In this document: positions 27,614 to 40,011 of the stretch, piece by piece
How positions within the stretch are numbered: the stretch's first letter is position 1
How the letters are laid out: each line of letters starts with the position of its first letter
NCBI GenBank assembly: GCA_050575255.1
Contig: JBNZDD010013614.1
Span: forward strand, 1,429,524 to 1,493,523
DNA from: Harriotta raleighana
Taxonomy: Eukaryota
Length of the DNA: 64,000 bases
Reading direction: 5' to 3'
Translations under genes and position numbers: made by a program
The notes under the pieces: generated by a model
What the model was told of the DNA's origin: nothing
Databases searched by the model: none
Seen by the model: only the letters and a program-made list of their open reading frames with translations

Positions 27614-28154
27614 TACATGGTTTGTGAAAGGAGTAGGCTTTCACAGACCATACGATTTAGACATTTATAACAGTCTGATTTAAATGTGTTACTTCAAAGA
27701 GCAGAAAAGCGCTGAACATTTTCACCCTGAACCAACCTACAATCTACTGTAACATTTATCATCTAAATATGTTTACTTTCTTAATAATTGCATAAAGAAG
27801 AAGAATTTCCCTTAGTTTATATTACAATGCAGATTGTACTAATAATGGAAAGGATTACACTATTTGAAGCAATCTCTGACATCATGCCCACTCCAAAGTC
27901 AAAAAAATGTGGTTTTACTAAGTTACAGTAATGTATTTAATGATATAAAAAATATATGTGATCAGAATCCAGTACATTTTCAGTCTGGTTCCTTACCAGA
28001 CTGAAGCCATGATAGACATCCAATTGTTTTACTACAGAATAGTTCCTTTCATATTAATTTAATTGTGCCCTGAATGCTGAAAGGTAGCCCTACTGAGCTA
28101 TCTCCATACTTTTAACCATGTATCACTAAATTACTATCTCAAATAACTTACACA

Positions 28155-28510
28155 CTGTATTTTAAGGTTATGAATGGATTTGATAAGGTGGACAGTAATT
28201 GATTGTTGCTACTTATTGGCAAGTCCAAAGCAAAGGGGAATAAGATAGATATAAGATAGCCAGCAGTGGATCTAAAAGGGAGTTTAGCAGGAACATTATG
28301 TAGTGAGTGATGAGAATGGAAAAATCAAACCCGGATATTGTGGGTGAAGCAAAAATTATCAATTTATTTATTATCAAACTTGTTGCACATCTGAAGGAAA
28401 AGTGAATTGGGAGAGGGCATAAGGAAGACGGATGGTTGTGTGGAATAAAGATCCTCACTGAATAGTTGAGATAAGTGGTCTGTTTCCATGCTAAAATGTT
28501 CAAGCTAATT
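28155..28510 (+). mobile_element. Degenerate CR1 3' fragment
   Basis: tttaaggttatgaatggatttgataaggtggac (K.M.GFD.VD motif) and a CR1-like 3' end. Confidence 0.55.
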
Positions 28511-28886
28511 CTATATAAGTCAAAGATAATATAATGTGTTTCTATAGATTTTGTGGTTCTCAATAATTTCTCATACAGTTACAGTGAAGGCAAATGTATT
28601 AAATCTGTAGAATAGTGTTGCAGAGGCATACAGTTGTTGTGATATTGTAATTGAGGGAGCAATATTCCTGGATGATCTGAACTGAGATGTAAAGGATTAT
28701 ACGGCTAGAGGCTGGAGATATTGAGCCACAGGACTGGTAGCCTGAATCACAAGATCACCAGATTGCTTTGAATGAAGAAAACCCCTCCAGAATAGCCACC
28801 CAAAAGATGGCTCACAAAAGATACAGCTTTGAGATATCTGGAAGGCATGATAAGGTGCTGTATCAAATGCACAGATTATTATTATT

Positions 28887-29891
28887 ATCATATCATTGAG
28901 ATACCTCAAAGCACTTCACAGACTATAATAGTAAAATTAATTGACTGTATATTTTGCGGGTATAATGTGGCAGCCAATTGCACAGAGCAGCATCTGTCAT
29001 GGACTGAATGACCAAATTACAGTAAAAGCCTGTTTGTCCGTGACTCGATGAACTGGAAAACCAGTTGAACCAGTACCTCAAAAAAAGTCCCGATTTGATA
29101 AACCGGAAGTTATCCGGCAGAATAGTGATGACGTATTTAATGAATCGATTGTCACACACGAGTATTGTGCAGGTATTTCGGCTGGTGGGTCGAAAGTAGT
29201 GCTACTGCCGTTTTTTTTTAAAAGTCGTGCTGCCGTTTATTTTTCCTCCTGTGGTGTCCATTGCAGAAGTGAAGTATAAATAATAAAGTACTAATACAAT
29301 ATTCTGTTAATATAGTATCTGTTAAAAGTGTATTTGTCTATTATTTATATGGTAGTCTACAAGATTTACAATAAAGTAGCCATACAATATTCTGTTATTA
29401 CAATATGTGATTACTGTATTTAGTCTATTATTTATATGGTAGTGTACAACATTTACAAGTACCCAAACAATATTCTGTTATTATCTGTTATTATTTAGTC
29501 TATTATTAATATGGTATGTGTTAAAATAATTTTTAATTCAAATTTTTTTAAATTGATTGTATTAGTACTTTATTATTTATACTTCACTTCTGGACACCAT
29601 GGGAGGATTTTTTTTTTGAATACCATTCAACCAGAAAGCCATTTAACCGGCACTGGCCAGATCCTGTGGGTGCCGGATAAACGGGCTTTTACTGTATTAT
29701 TAATTTATTTTTGTAAGAGTTTATTACCCCTGGGAAGCACTCAGCCAATCAAGTAACAATCGGATTCCTACTTGCTACTGGGTTAACAAAGACATATGGA
29801 GTAAGGAATTGTGCCTAAGGTTTTGCCCTGCTCGGTAATTGAACCTGGGTACTCTCGCTTGCGAGGCGAGCGATCTAACAACAAGACTCCA
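28887..29891 (-). mobile_element. Deu SINE split by a MITE insertion
   Basis: SINE core at 28887-29019 and SINE head at ~29780-29891 flank the family B MITE. Confidence 0.7.
29020..29694. mobile_element. Tc1/mariner-like MITE, family B
   Basis: ta|CAGTAAAAGCCTGTTTGTCCG ... CGGATAAACGGGCTTTTACTG|ta with internal acaatattctgtta sub-repeats. Confidence 0.88.
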
Positions 29892-30761
29892 TATCACAAG
29901 ACTACAAAGGCCATTTGTCCCATATAGTGTCACCCTTTCAGAGTAGCCACCTTACTTATCTTACTAAGCATCATGTTGGTTCATTAATTGCCCTCTTTCA
30001 TAAATAAATATTTAGTTAAAATGAAAATATAATTAATTGTTTTTTTTATGTGGATTAACCACATAATTGTTTGATTTAGTATATGAAGCATGATCCTTGG
30101 ATATGAGTGTTGAGGGAAAATAAACTTCTTCTTTGTATTGTAAGTATTGCAATACTCCAGTGCCTTCTTAAATCATAGAACCTTACATAGCCTTACAGAG
30201 GTCCACCAATACCCTGGTGGCTAAAGGGGAATATAGAGACCAAGAAGGCTACAGGTTTTAATCTCAGCTAGTGCTGAACTAAATAATCTTAGCGAGTTGG
30301 AGTTGGAGCACTCCTGCCTGAATGCCATTATAAACAAGTAATGCAAGTTGTTGTTTTGTTGTTATAAACTTTCAGAAGGGTGATCATTCCAGGGCAAAAC
30401 ACAATTAAAATAATTATAAGATTGATTAAACATACAATAATCATTTGTGATTCACCTGTACAACACAGTTGAACTGAATTTGATATAACTTAAGGACATT
30501 CCAGGTCTTCAAGGGTTAGTTAAGTTTGTTTTTGGAAAGCAAAGAGATCCATAATAGAGGTCATTCATGACGTAAGTAATGACACACAGTAGGTTTTATG
30601 CATGATTTAAAACATCATGAATCATTGAGAGTTCCTTTAAACTGTGTCTAGAAACATTAATTGCATCAAAATGACATCTTAGTTTCAACTATTACTAAGG
30701 CAAAATACTATATCATTAAAGGACTGTAATTGTAAAGGAGATTGTACAAAAGGAACAGATA

Positions 30762-31096
30762 CAGTAAAACCCTGTTTATCCGGCACGCTCGGGGGGGTGG
30801 GGTCGACTAATTGACGGTGCCGGATAAATGGGGGACAAGTTGCCGAAAACCCAACATAAAAAATTAACTTATTTTAAATCATACCATGTTAATAATAGAC
30901 TACATAGTAACAGAATATTGTGTGGATACTTACCAATAAAGCATTCCAGCACTGTCGGGAAAGAATCGGTAACACAGCATACCGATTGTGCACGCATGCG
31001 CAAGCGAGCGAACTCGCGATTCTGGAATGGGGAATTGTCCCAGGAGGGGGTCGAGCAATTCAGTTGATCGGGTCACGGATGAACGAGGTTTTACTG
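30762..31096. mobile_element. Tc1/mariner-like MITE, family A
   Basis: ta|CAGTAAAACCCTGTTTATCCG ... CGGATGAACGAGGTTTTACTG|ta. Confidence 0.88.
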
Positions 31097-31899
31097 TATA
31101 TGTTTTTAGCCTCATGCTTTCTGGTTGTCAATACTGCAGTGTTTCCTTTGAATTACAGCTCTATTTTACAGAGCAGATACAAATTGTGCACTGACACATG
31201 TAACATTGTGGGTGTTTGTTTGAAATCTGGCCATTTTAAATTGTACAGAATAAATTCTGCACTGCATCCAAAATGCAATTATTCCCTAACTGGTCTGTTT
31301 TTCATAACCCTGTTGAAAATAGCATCCATTTTATTTTTTAATCTTTTCATTTCCTATCCAAGTAAATGCAAGTTGTTGTTTTATTGGAGATTTATTTAAC
31401 TGAATGAACAACTCATTGCAGAGCAGTAATTGAAGACAGGTTGGGTGCTAAGGTTGTAAAGCAAACGTGCTAAAATCTTGCTCTTTCATAAACCAATCTT
31501 AAAAACAAATCCTCACCTCTTCACTGACCTCCTCCATTGCCACCCAATCCATTATCTGTATCCTTTTTGGCTTCGGTATAACCCAACAAGCAAGGCCATG
31601 AGAGCCTCCCTCCTCTCTCCTCGCCTTGTTGTGTACTCTAGCCTCCTCCATGCCTGAGAGCTGACCATGTCCCACTAAATAATCTGCTACCAGTCTACAC
31701 ATCTGCGTTTTGACTGCTGCCTCCCACCCTCCCCCGAAAGTGCTTCCCATTCTACTCTCACTCCTCACCCTCATCTAAAACATGTATGGCAAAGGCAGGG
31801 AAGGGAAGGGTATGCTTGCTGTACAAGTGGATTGTTGTATTTTAAATGGTGTATTCTTTTATCAAGACCATTTTTAAATGGTTTCAGCCACTGCCCTGC

Positions 31900-32680
31900 A
31901 TGTTGTTAGGGGCAACCGTGGATGCCCACTCTATCTGCCTGCCTCCACTCTCGATTCCAGGGCTACTGGGGTTCTGGCTGCCTGCCTAGCATACATTATG
32001 TCCTGAATGTGAGCTAACTTTCTCCAACTAAATGTCAGCAACACAGAGTCTCTACTGCTTGGCTCCACTCGGTGCCTTCTTAATTCAAGTGCTGACTGCC
32101 TCGATCGATCTCCATCGTGAAACCAGAGTGTCTTGTTCAACCCTCAACTGTCCATTAAGCTTTACATATGGCTATCTCTTGCTCTCTTTTCCCTCACTTA
32201 CACAGTCTTACTCACCTCTGTCACTTCCTCTTCCTTCAAGCTGCATTTGATATAGCGCTTTTCATGTCTTCTAGATATCTCAAAGCACTTTACAGAATCC
32301 ACTGTAAAGTGATTGGCTGTATACCTGTGGGCGAAATGCGGCAGGCAATTGCATACATCTAGAGGAAACTATTCGAACACGCTGCTCAATCTGCTTCATT
32401 TTCTCCTAACACAAACTGCAGTCCACCTAGAACTCTGCAGCTTATGTCCTCTCATGCACGAGACTCTGTGAGCTTATCATCCCCATCCTTGCTCAGCTCC
32501 AGACTTCTCATCCTTCAGCAGATCAAATTCAAGCTCCTTGTCTTCATTTTTAAATTGCACCACAACCTTGCTCCCACCCAACCTCTGTGACCTCCTGCAA
32601 CTTTGCCACCTGTCCACTCCCTCCGCTCAACAAACACTGGCCGCTTCACATCTCCCACCCATCGCGTGCCATCATCAATG
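31900..32680 (+). mobile_element. Degraded L2 RT fragments (with a partial SINE inserted at ~32240-32355)
   Basis: Remnants of the FLQLNVS.TE and PILAQL...QIKFKLL motifs. Confidence 0.6.
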
Positions 32681-32709
32681 AATGGGTGAGCTTTATATTT
32701 TAAAAAAAT

Positions 32710-32999
32710 CCTTTAATATAGCACTTCATCACATCTTCTAGACATCTCAAAGCGGTTCACAGAATATACTGCAAAGTTAATTGACTGGATATTTGTGAGC
32801 GAAATGCGGCAGCAAATTGCGCACAGCAGTGTCCCCACAATCAGTTGTGGATGAAGTGACCAATTTATTACTGCATTTTTTTCTTGAGGGTTATTATTAG
32901 GTGTGTGGAGTAAATAAACTTGCCTTATGTTTCGCCCTGCTGGGAATCAAACCCAGGTCTCTCGCTTCTAAGGCTTTGCTCTAACCGCTGAGCTACAGG
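32710..32999 (-). mobile_element. tRNA-derived Deu SINE
   Basis: Reverse-complement core and head (ctaaccgctgagctacagg). Confidence 0.85.
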
Positions 33000-33907
33000 C
33001 TTTCTTCCTTTTGCCACCAGTCNACTCATCAAGGCTTTCTTCCTTTTGCCACCAGTCTCTGGACCTCCATCCTAGAGTTCCTCAGCCTCATCTCCCTTTT
33101 CCCATTTTTAAAGTCTGCCTTAATAAACCATTCCTTTTAAATGCAGTTTTCATCACCTTTCTAACCCCTCCCCACCCCCTGCCCTCCACTCCCCCCCAAC
33201 GCACCTAGCTTGGGATACCCAGCTGATTCCATGAAGTGCTTTGAGACATCCTCCTGACTTGAAAAGCACCATATATATGTAAAAGTATTATTGTTGTTCA
33301 CCAAACAAAGATGTTGCCTTGTTCAGGTTTTTGGGATGATGCTGTGTCCAAATCTATGTTTAAGGTAAAAACATTTGGCTTCTTGTCCACCTGTTTTGAC
33401 ATGATTAAAGGCAGAACTATAGGCTGGAGAATGCTTTGGGAAATGAACACTTCTGGCAACATTTGTTTTGACACAAGCAACCAAATTATTAACAAATTCA
33501 AGCAAAGATGTGTGTGAGCCTTGTGTCAGCAGCAGTCAAATTGGCATTGGCATCGGTTACTATGGAGATATCCACTGCCTCATTAATCCAGCTCACCCAA
33601 ACTGAAAAGGAATGCAAATGAGAGAAATCATCTATTCGTTTTAAGTACTTACTTTTGCTTCCTTATCTTTTATTCCCTTGGTTCCTTCTTTGCCACGGGT
33701 GCAGTGTGTGAGCCATGGACTTTTTCATGACCAATGTCATTGCATCACCATGATTACATTACAGGAGGAGGCACTACTGCAGGATACACGGCCAACAAAT
33801 CCATATACTGTATTTGGAACACTGTTGTTTACAGGAGCATGTTGAGTTGGATAGTGGAAGAAAAATAACAAAATAGCAAAATAATAACAATTCTTGCATT
33901 TGTTGTA

Positions 33908-34656
33908 CAGGCAGTCCTCAAGTTACGTCAGGGTTAGGTTCCTAAGATGTGGTGTAAGTCGAATTTGTATATAAGTCGAGTCACCCCCCTATAATGCTTA
34001 CAGTAACATACAGTGATTGGTTGTAGTGTATAGTGGGCTGCCCTCTCTCCCCTGCACCCCTCCTAATATGTACAGTACTGTAAATAAAATAAAATATTAC
34101 TATGTACTTACATGGCTTCATTGTGAGTCTGGCACTCGATGTAGCGCAACACAGGAGATCACACGCGACGTAGCGCAACGCAGATCACATGTGACATAGC
34201 GCAACGCAGGAGATCACATGTGACGTAGCGCAACGCAGATCACACGTGACGTAGCGCAACGCAGATCACACGTGACGTAGCGCAACGCAGATCACACGTG
34301 ACGTAGCGCAACGCAGATCACACGTGACGTAGCGCAACGCAGATCACACGTGACGTAGCGCAGTCTAAAGGCTGGAGAGTACTGTCCCGCCGAGCTCACA
34401 GACTCACACAGTACCTGTACAGTACACACTTGCGTCTCGCCTCCATCCTGTTCCTGTCCTGAACGCGTATCGTGGTCCCGTAAGTGTTGAGAGCGGCGAC
34501 TCCAGTTTTCTATCGCGCGTGGGGCAACTAAAGTATTTACATAGTAATGTCGTAACTTCGAGACCTTGGATGTAACTCGGACGTAATTTTACTGATTTTA
34601 AGTGTAGTAACTTCAAATTTTCGTACCTCGAAACGTCGTAACTAGAGGACTGCCTG
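33908..34656. mobile_element. Young Tigger-like non-autonomous DNA transposon, family D, with an internal tandem array
   Basis: ta|CAGGCAGTCCTCAAGTTACG ... CGTAACTAGAGGACTGCCTG|ta; CpG-rich; a near-identical inverted copy lies at 40012-40517. Confidence 0.9.
34140..34362. repeat. 26/29-bp tandem repeat (GATCACACGTGACGTAGCGCAACGCA), ~8 units
   Basis: Read directly; the last five units are near-identical. Confidence 0.95.
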
Positions 34657-35122
34657 TACTGCCCAGAATAGTGAGACATATCAAAGCCCTTCCCAATGTT
34701 TTTGTAAAGTGTGTTGACCATGCATTTAATTGTAGGCATTTATAGGTGAATTCAACAGCTGATTTTTACATCCACAAACAGACATGATTATAATTCCACA
34801 GTACCTGAAGCCCCAGTTGCTTTCTATTTAATTACATAATGTCTGCCCTATGTTTGCAGGATTCAAAATGATACAAGGAGTTGTGCGCACTGTGCTGGTG
34901 AAACAATGGACAAATAATGCCTAGGAAAATATATCACAGATATTTCCGTTCATAAACAGCTTTAGGAATTTAATTGTTTGTGTACTTTCCCCAGCGTACA
35001 CAGGAACAAGGACGGGAAATAATCAGTGACTTAAATGGGAAATGAAGAGGAAACATATGTAGTAAACAAAGTCAGATCATGATCTGAAAATGCTGCACCA
35101 ACAATGGTTCACTGCGGCAAAT

Positions 35123-35136
35123 GCGCCATCTAGTGT
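35123..35136 (-). promoter_or_regulatory. CTCF-like binding motif
   Basis: Minus strand ACACTAGATGGCGC versus core consensus CCACYAGRKGGCRC, in unique sequence. Confidence 0.5.
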
Positions 35137-35898
35137 CTAAGTATAAACAGTTTAGACTCATTTTGTGAGTGAGTGCGAGTTAGTGCCAATTGAGGTTGAA
35201 ATTGGAACTTGTGACCCTCTGGTTAGGAATTTGATTTTCCCTCCTGCAACAGACAGCCTGAGTGGAAATGTGTATTGAAACACTGAGGAGAATATACTGG
35301 TTGTGCAAATTGGCCTTCAATACATGGTTTCAATTTCCCAAGCACCGAAAACCACCAACAACAACAACAAAATTACACTTGTGCAGTATAGCACCTTTCA
35401 CATCAGGAGGAATGCATGTCAGGGATGCAGAAATGAATGCATTTTCACGCTTCTGGTATAGGTAGATTTGTTTCTTTAAAATAAAATGATGGTGTGCAGA
35501 GGATTAAAAGGAGCTTTGCATCTTACCTATCGCACCACAAGTTTCCTTGTTGTCGAGGTTACTGAGTGTATGCTGCCACTTAAACTGTTTAAATATAATT
35601 GAACTAAATAAAATTGCAGTTGTGCCACATCTGTTTCTCTGGTGGTCCAGTTGTGCATCCAAAGTTGCAAAGTTTCAAATGTATTTCCTTCTTGCCATAC
35701 AGACCACATGGTAGTAAAAATAATCCTACTCGGGGTGAGAATGAGAATCTTTGTGAATGCCTAGATTTTCCACATCCCATAGTGAAAATCCTCAAATGCA
35801 ACGGAGCTCTCAGGGTTAGGGTTAACACTAACTCTAACACTCAGTCCTAATATAAATATTGTTCCATCACCCATCACATGATACACCCCAAATCCCTC

Positions 35899-37246
35899 AA
35901 AATCTTCACTTAGAAAGATATAGGCTAATAAAGGACAGTCAACATGGATTTGTGAAAGGCAAATCTTGCCTTACAAATCTGATAGAATTTTTCGATCAGG
36001 TAACAGAATGGGTGGATAATGGTAGCGCGGTTGATGTAGTTTACATGGACTTTCAAAAGGCATTTGACAAAGTGCCACATGAGAGACTTATTAGGAAATT
36101 AAAGGCCCACGGCGTAAAAGGGACTGGCAGAATGGATCCACAACTGGCTGCGAGACAGGAAGCAGAGAGTTGTAGTGAGCGGCTGTTTTTCAGACTGGAG
36201 GGAGGTAAGCAGTGGTGTGCCACAGGGATCGGTTTTGGGGCCATTGCTCTTTGTAATCTACATCAATGATCTGGACTTGGGTGTAAAGAGTACAGTTTCC
36301 AAGTTTGCAGATGACACTAAGTTAGGGAGAATAGTAAATAGTGAGGAGGATAGTAACCATCTGCAAGAAGATATAGACAAATTGGTAAAGTGGGCAGACA
36401 CATGGCAGATGAAGTTTAATGCAGAGAAGTGTGAGGTGATGCATTTTGGGAGAAGAAATGAAGGGAGGCAATATAGACTAGATAGTGCAANNNNNNNNNN
36501 NNNNNNNNNNNNNNNNNNNNNNNNNNNNNNNNNNNNNNNNNNNNNNNNNNNNNNNNNNNNNNNNNNNNNNNNNNNNNNNNNNNNNNNNNNNNNNNNNNNN
36601 NNNNNNNNNNNNNNNNNNNNNNNNNNNNNNNNNNNNNNNNNNNNNNNNNNNNNNNNNNNNNNNNNNNNNNNNNNNNNNNNNNNNNNNNNNNNNNNNNNNN
36701 NNNNNNNNNNNNNNNNNNNNNNNNNNNNNNNNNNNNNNNNNNNNNNNNNNNNNNNNNNNNNNNNNNNNNNNNNNNNNNNNNNNNNNNNNNNNNNNNNNNN
36801 NNNNNNNNNNNNNNNNNNNNNNNNNNNNNNNNNNNNNNNNNNNNNNNNNNNNNNNNNNNNNNNNNNNATAGAGGTTTATAAGATCATGAGGGGTTTCGAC
36901 AGGGCAAATAGAGAAAAACTATTTCCACTCGTGGGCAAATCTGTGACCCGTGGTCACAGATTTAAAATAGTTTCAAAGCGAAGTAGAGGGGAGCTGAGGA
37001 GAAACTTTTTCACTCAGCGAGTTGTTCGAATCTGGAATGCATTGCCTGAAAAGGTGGTGGAGGCTGATTCGATAACAACTTTTAAAAGGGAATTAGATCT
37101 TTATTTAGGGAGAACAGGTCTATTAGGCTATGGGGAGCGAGCAGGGCAGTGGGATTAAATCGCTCTTTTCAAAGAGCCGGCACAGACTAGATGGGCCGAA
37201 TGGCCTCCTTTTGTGCCGTAAACTTCTATGAATCTATGAATCTATG
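35899..37246 (+). mobile_element. 5'-truncated young CR1 LINE with target-site duplication (internal assembly gap)
   Basis: QHGFVKGKSCLTNLIEFF, VDVVYMDFQKAFDKVPH, SGVPQGSVLGPLLF, KFADDTKL, TRGHRFKI, RVVRIWNALP; (TCTATGAA)n tail; TSD AATCCCTC at 35891-35898 and 37247-37254. Confidence 0.95.
36491..36867. other. Assembly gap (N run)
   Basis: Run of N inside the CR1. Confidence 1.
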
Positions 37247-38209
37247 AATCCCTCTTTCAGGTGACTGATTGTGGAAATTTGTTGATTTCTGGTTTGCTAA
37301 GGAATCCAAAAGCTGAATTTGAAGTCAGTAAAGGTGGAACTCCCCAGTTCAGAGATGCTAGGTCTTTGGGTCAGCTTTGCACGTGTCTCCTCTCGTGGTG
37401 TAGCAGAGATGGAGTTAGAGATTCACAAATACATTTATGAAATGGGCACACTGTGTTTTATTGTTAATATGAATGAATAGTGGACATGCTGGTTATTTGC
37501 TGGCATTATTCATAAAATTACTATAAAGCGCTGAAGGGAATAATGCATTAAGCATCTTAGTTTGGTTGATTAACCACACCTTTGGGCAATAATTTTTTTT
37601 TAGGATTCCTTGCTTCCTATTTAAGCAGTTCTTATTTTTAGAACCTTTCTCATTTTTTTCCAGAGCTGTTTTGATGCTGGGATGAATGTAGTGTTGTTCC
37701 CTGCCAGGTAGATGCTCCATGTACAGTTACGTTAGCTAATGTTGAAAAGTCATATGAAGTGGCATCATAGGCAGAGCTTTGCAGAATACATGTACAATGC
37801 CAAGTTTCACCCGAAGCAGTTGTTTTTAATAGTTCCCCCTGGAGCAGTTGTTAAAAAGTCAGAATGCATCAGAGGCTACACAAGGCTTTTACTGAATGAA
37901 GCTGCTGGCCATAATTTGGGAGTACAACAAGCAGGGTTTTATTAAGTGGAGGCTTCAGGCTTCCCACTGACAATATATGATTGGAGCTACAAGTTACTTG
38001 GTGCGAAGCTGTTACTATTCCTGTAAATTTTTGATTTAAATATAAAGGTTAGGCTTTAGGAATTTGCCTTTGCTTGGGACTGGAATCGTGCTCTAGGTAA
38101 ACTGCTATAACGGAACCAAACTCCAAAGTTTTGAAGTAGGTCAGTTCAACAAGATAAGGCTCCCCAGCCCTCCCACCACAGCAATTTGGGTTTTTAATAT
38201 AATCCAGTG

Positions 38210-38400
38210 TATAATAATATCCAAAATAATAATCCTTGCATTTTATATAGCACTTTTTACATCTTCGAAATGTCTCTAAGGGCTTCATAGAATATATTGT
38301 AAAGTGAATTGACTGTATATTTGTAGGCGAAAAGTGGCAGTCAATTGCGCACATCAATGTCCCACAAATAGTCATAAATTAAAATGACCAATTTTTTTTT
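38210..38400 (-). mobile_element. Deu SINE 3' portion
   Basis: Reverse complement of the SINE core and tail. Confidence 0.8.
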
Positions 38401-38601
38401 CATGGGATATAATTGAATAATATGTGACAAAAGGTTATTTAGGAACCTGGCAACTTTCCATAGCAAAAATAAACTGCATCAGTCTCTCCTAAAGTTTTGA
38501 AAAATGAAAAGCTTCCATATTCATTGGTCCTTCTTAATCTAAATAAAATATGTTAAGGGGAGCATTTAAATATGTTTGTGGTGTTATACACACATTACTT
38601 T

Positions 38602-38918
38602 GGAGTCCTGTAGCTCAGTGATTGGAGCATTCGTCTTGCAAGCATGAGACCTGGATTCGAATCCAGGCAGGTCAGGACAAAACCTTGGGCAAGTTTCTTT
38701 ACTCCACACGTCTATTAATAATCCCTCAAAAAAAACACAACAATAAAATTGGTCATTTCAATCCATGACTGTTTGTGGGACACTCCTGTGTGCAATTGGC
38801 TGCCACATTTCACCCACAAATATACAGTCAATTCACTTTACAGTATATTCTGTGAAGCGCTTTGATACGTCTAGAAGACGTGAAAAGCGCTATAGCAGAT
38901 GCAAGGCTTATTATTATT
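38602..38918 (+). mobile_element. Full-length tRNA-derived Deu SINE with TSD
   Basis: A box (tagctcagtga), B box (gattcgaatcc), Deu core, L2-like tail and (att)n; TSD ATTACTTT at 38594-38601 and 38919-38926. Confidence 0.92.
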
Positions 38919-40011
38919 ATTACTTTCTGTTCAATGGAGTCTCCTATCATTTATCCTTTTTTGTGATTTCCATTTTCCACTTCATGGTCAGAGAGAATCA
39001 TCATATAAACAGTATTATACTTAGCCATATAAATATCTCAGGAAATAATCGAATTATTTCCTGAGATATTTATAAGCAGAATCTCTTATATTAATGAAGA
39101 ATGTGTTACTTTAGTGAAAGATCACAATAAAATATAATCTTCAACACTCTCACTTTCTCTCTGTCACCATGGCTACTCAATCTGAAGAGTGTTCCAAAAA
39201 CAAAGGTCTTGAATGCTGAACTAACCTATCTTTTCTCCCAAATAACGGGTTGCATCTCAACAGGTAAAATAAATTTACGGTCTGTCAGTTGACAATTAAA
39301 GATGTTAACTAGGCATCTGAGAGGCAGCTCATGCAGGTTTAGTTTGATCAGACCAATAAGAACATCTCAAACTATTTCCACTGAATCTTTGTGTTACTGG
39401 TAGCCAACGTACATTCAAGAAATGGTGTATCAGTTCATGACAATAATTGATGACAATAGTAATTAGAGTCAGTTTTAACATCTTCGTGTTTCACAGTTAG
39501 TAAAGGAGAGTAAAAAGATGAATGTGTGAAAGAATACTACAAATTCTGCACGTTTTTATTTTATGTACATTGGGATGAGTGCTATATGACTTATTTAATT
39601 TGTCCGAAAGTATATATCTGAAAAAGATATTTTGTACCATATTGGTATAAAAGGGTCAGTTGCTTACAACAATTTGCATTTATATAGCATCATTCATGTG
39701 GTTAACCTGTCGGTGATAACATTTGATAATCTATTAGGTATTCATATTTTTAGTTGACAAAACCTCACACCAGCTTGATTTGGTTTAATTTCATACATCT
39801 AGCAGTATAAACACCGACCAACCACAGACATGCATATGCTGTATTTAGACTGCTGGGAGTGAAGCTGTCTTTATGTTCTGAATACCAAATTGGGGAGTGG
39901 TTTTTAATGCGGTGAAAATTAGATGATCCATAACAGATTACTTGTGCAGGACTTAACCCAGAGTTAGTGAGAGAGAGATAAAAAATAATAATAATCCTTA
40001 CATTTGATATA

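Noticed and set aside
32996-33057. Direct duplication of aggctttcttccttttgccaccagtc
   Set aside because: The copies straddle a single 'n', typical of a contig-join artefact.
34140-34362. Regular 26-bp repeats superficially resembling a CRISPR array
   Set aside because: No unique spacers, no cas genes and a eukaryotic intron context; it is a minisatellite within a MITE.
35811-35824. Telomere-like TTAGGG units (also ~45141)
   Set aside because: Only about two units; compatible with chance or low-complexity sequence.
36175-37158. 327-aa ORF
   Set aside because: A CR1 RT fragment spanning an N gap; not a host gene.
38602-38675. tRNA-like sequence with A and B boxes
   Set aside because: It is the SINE head, continuous with the Deu core and tail; not a tRNA gene.
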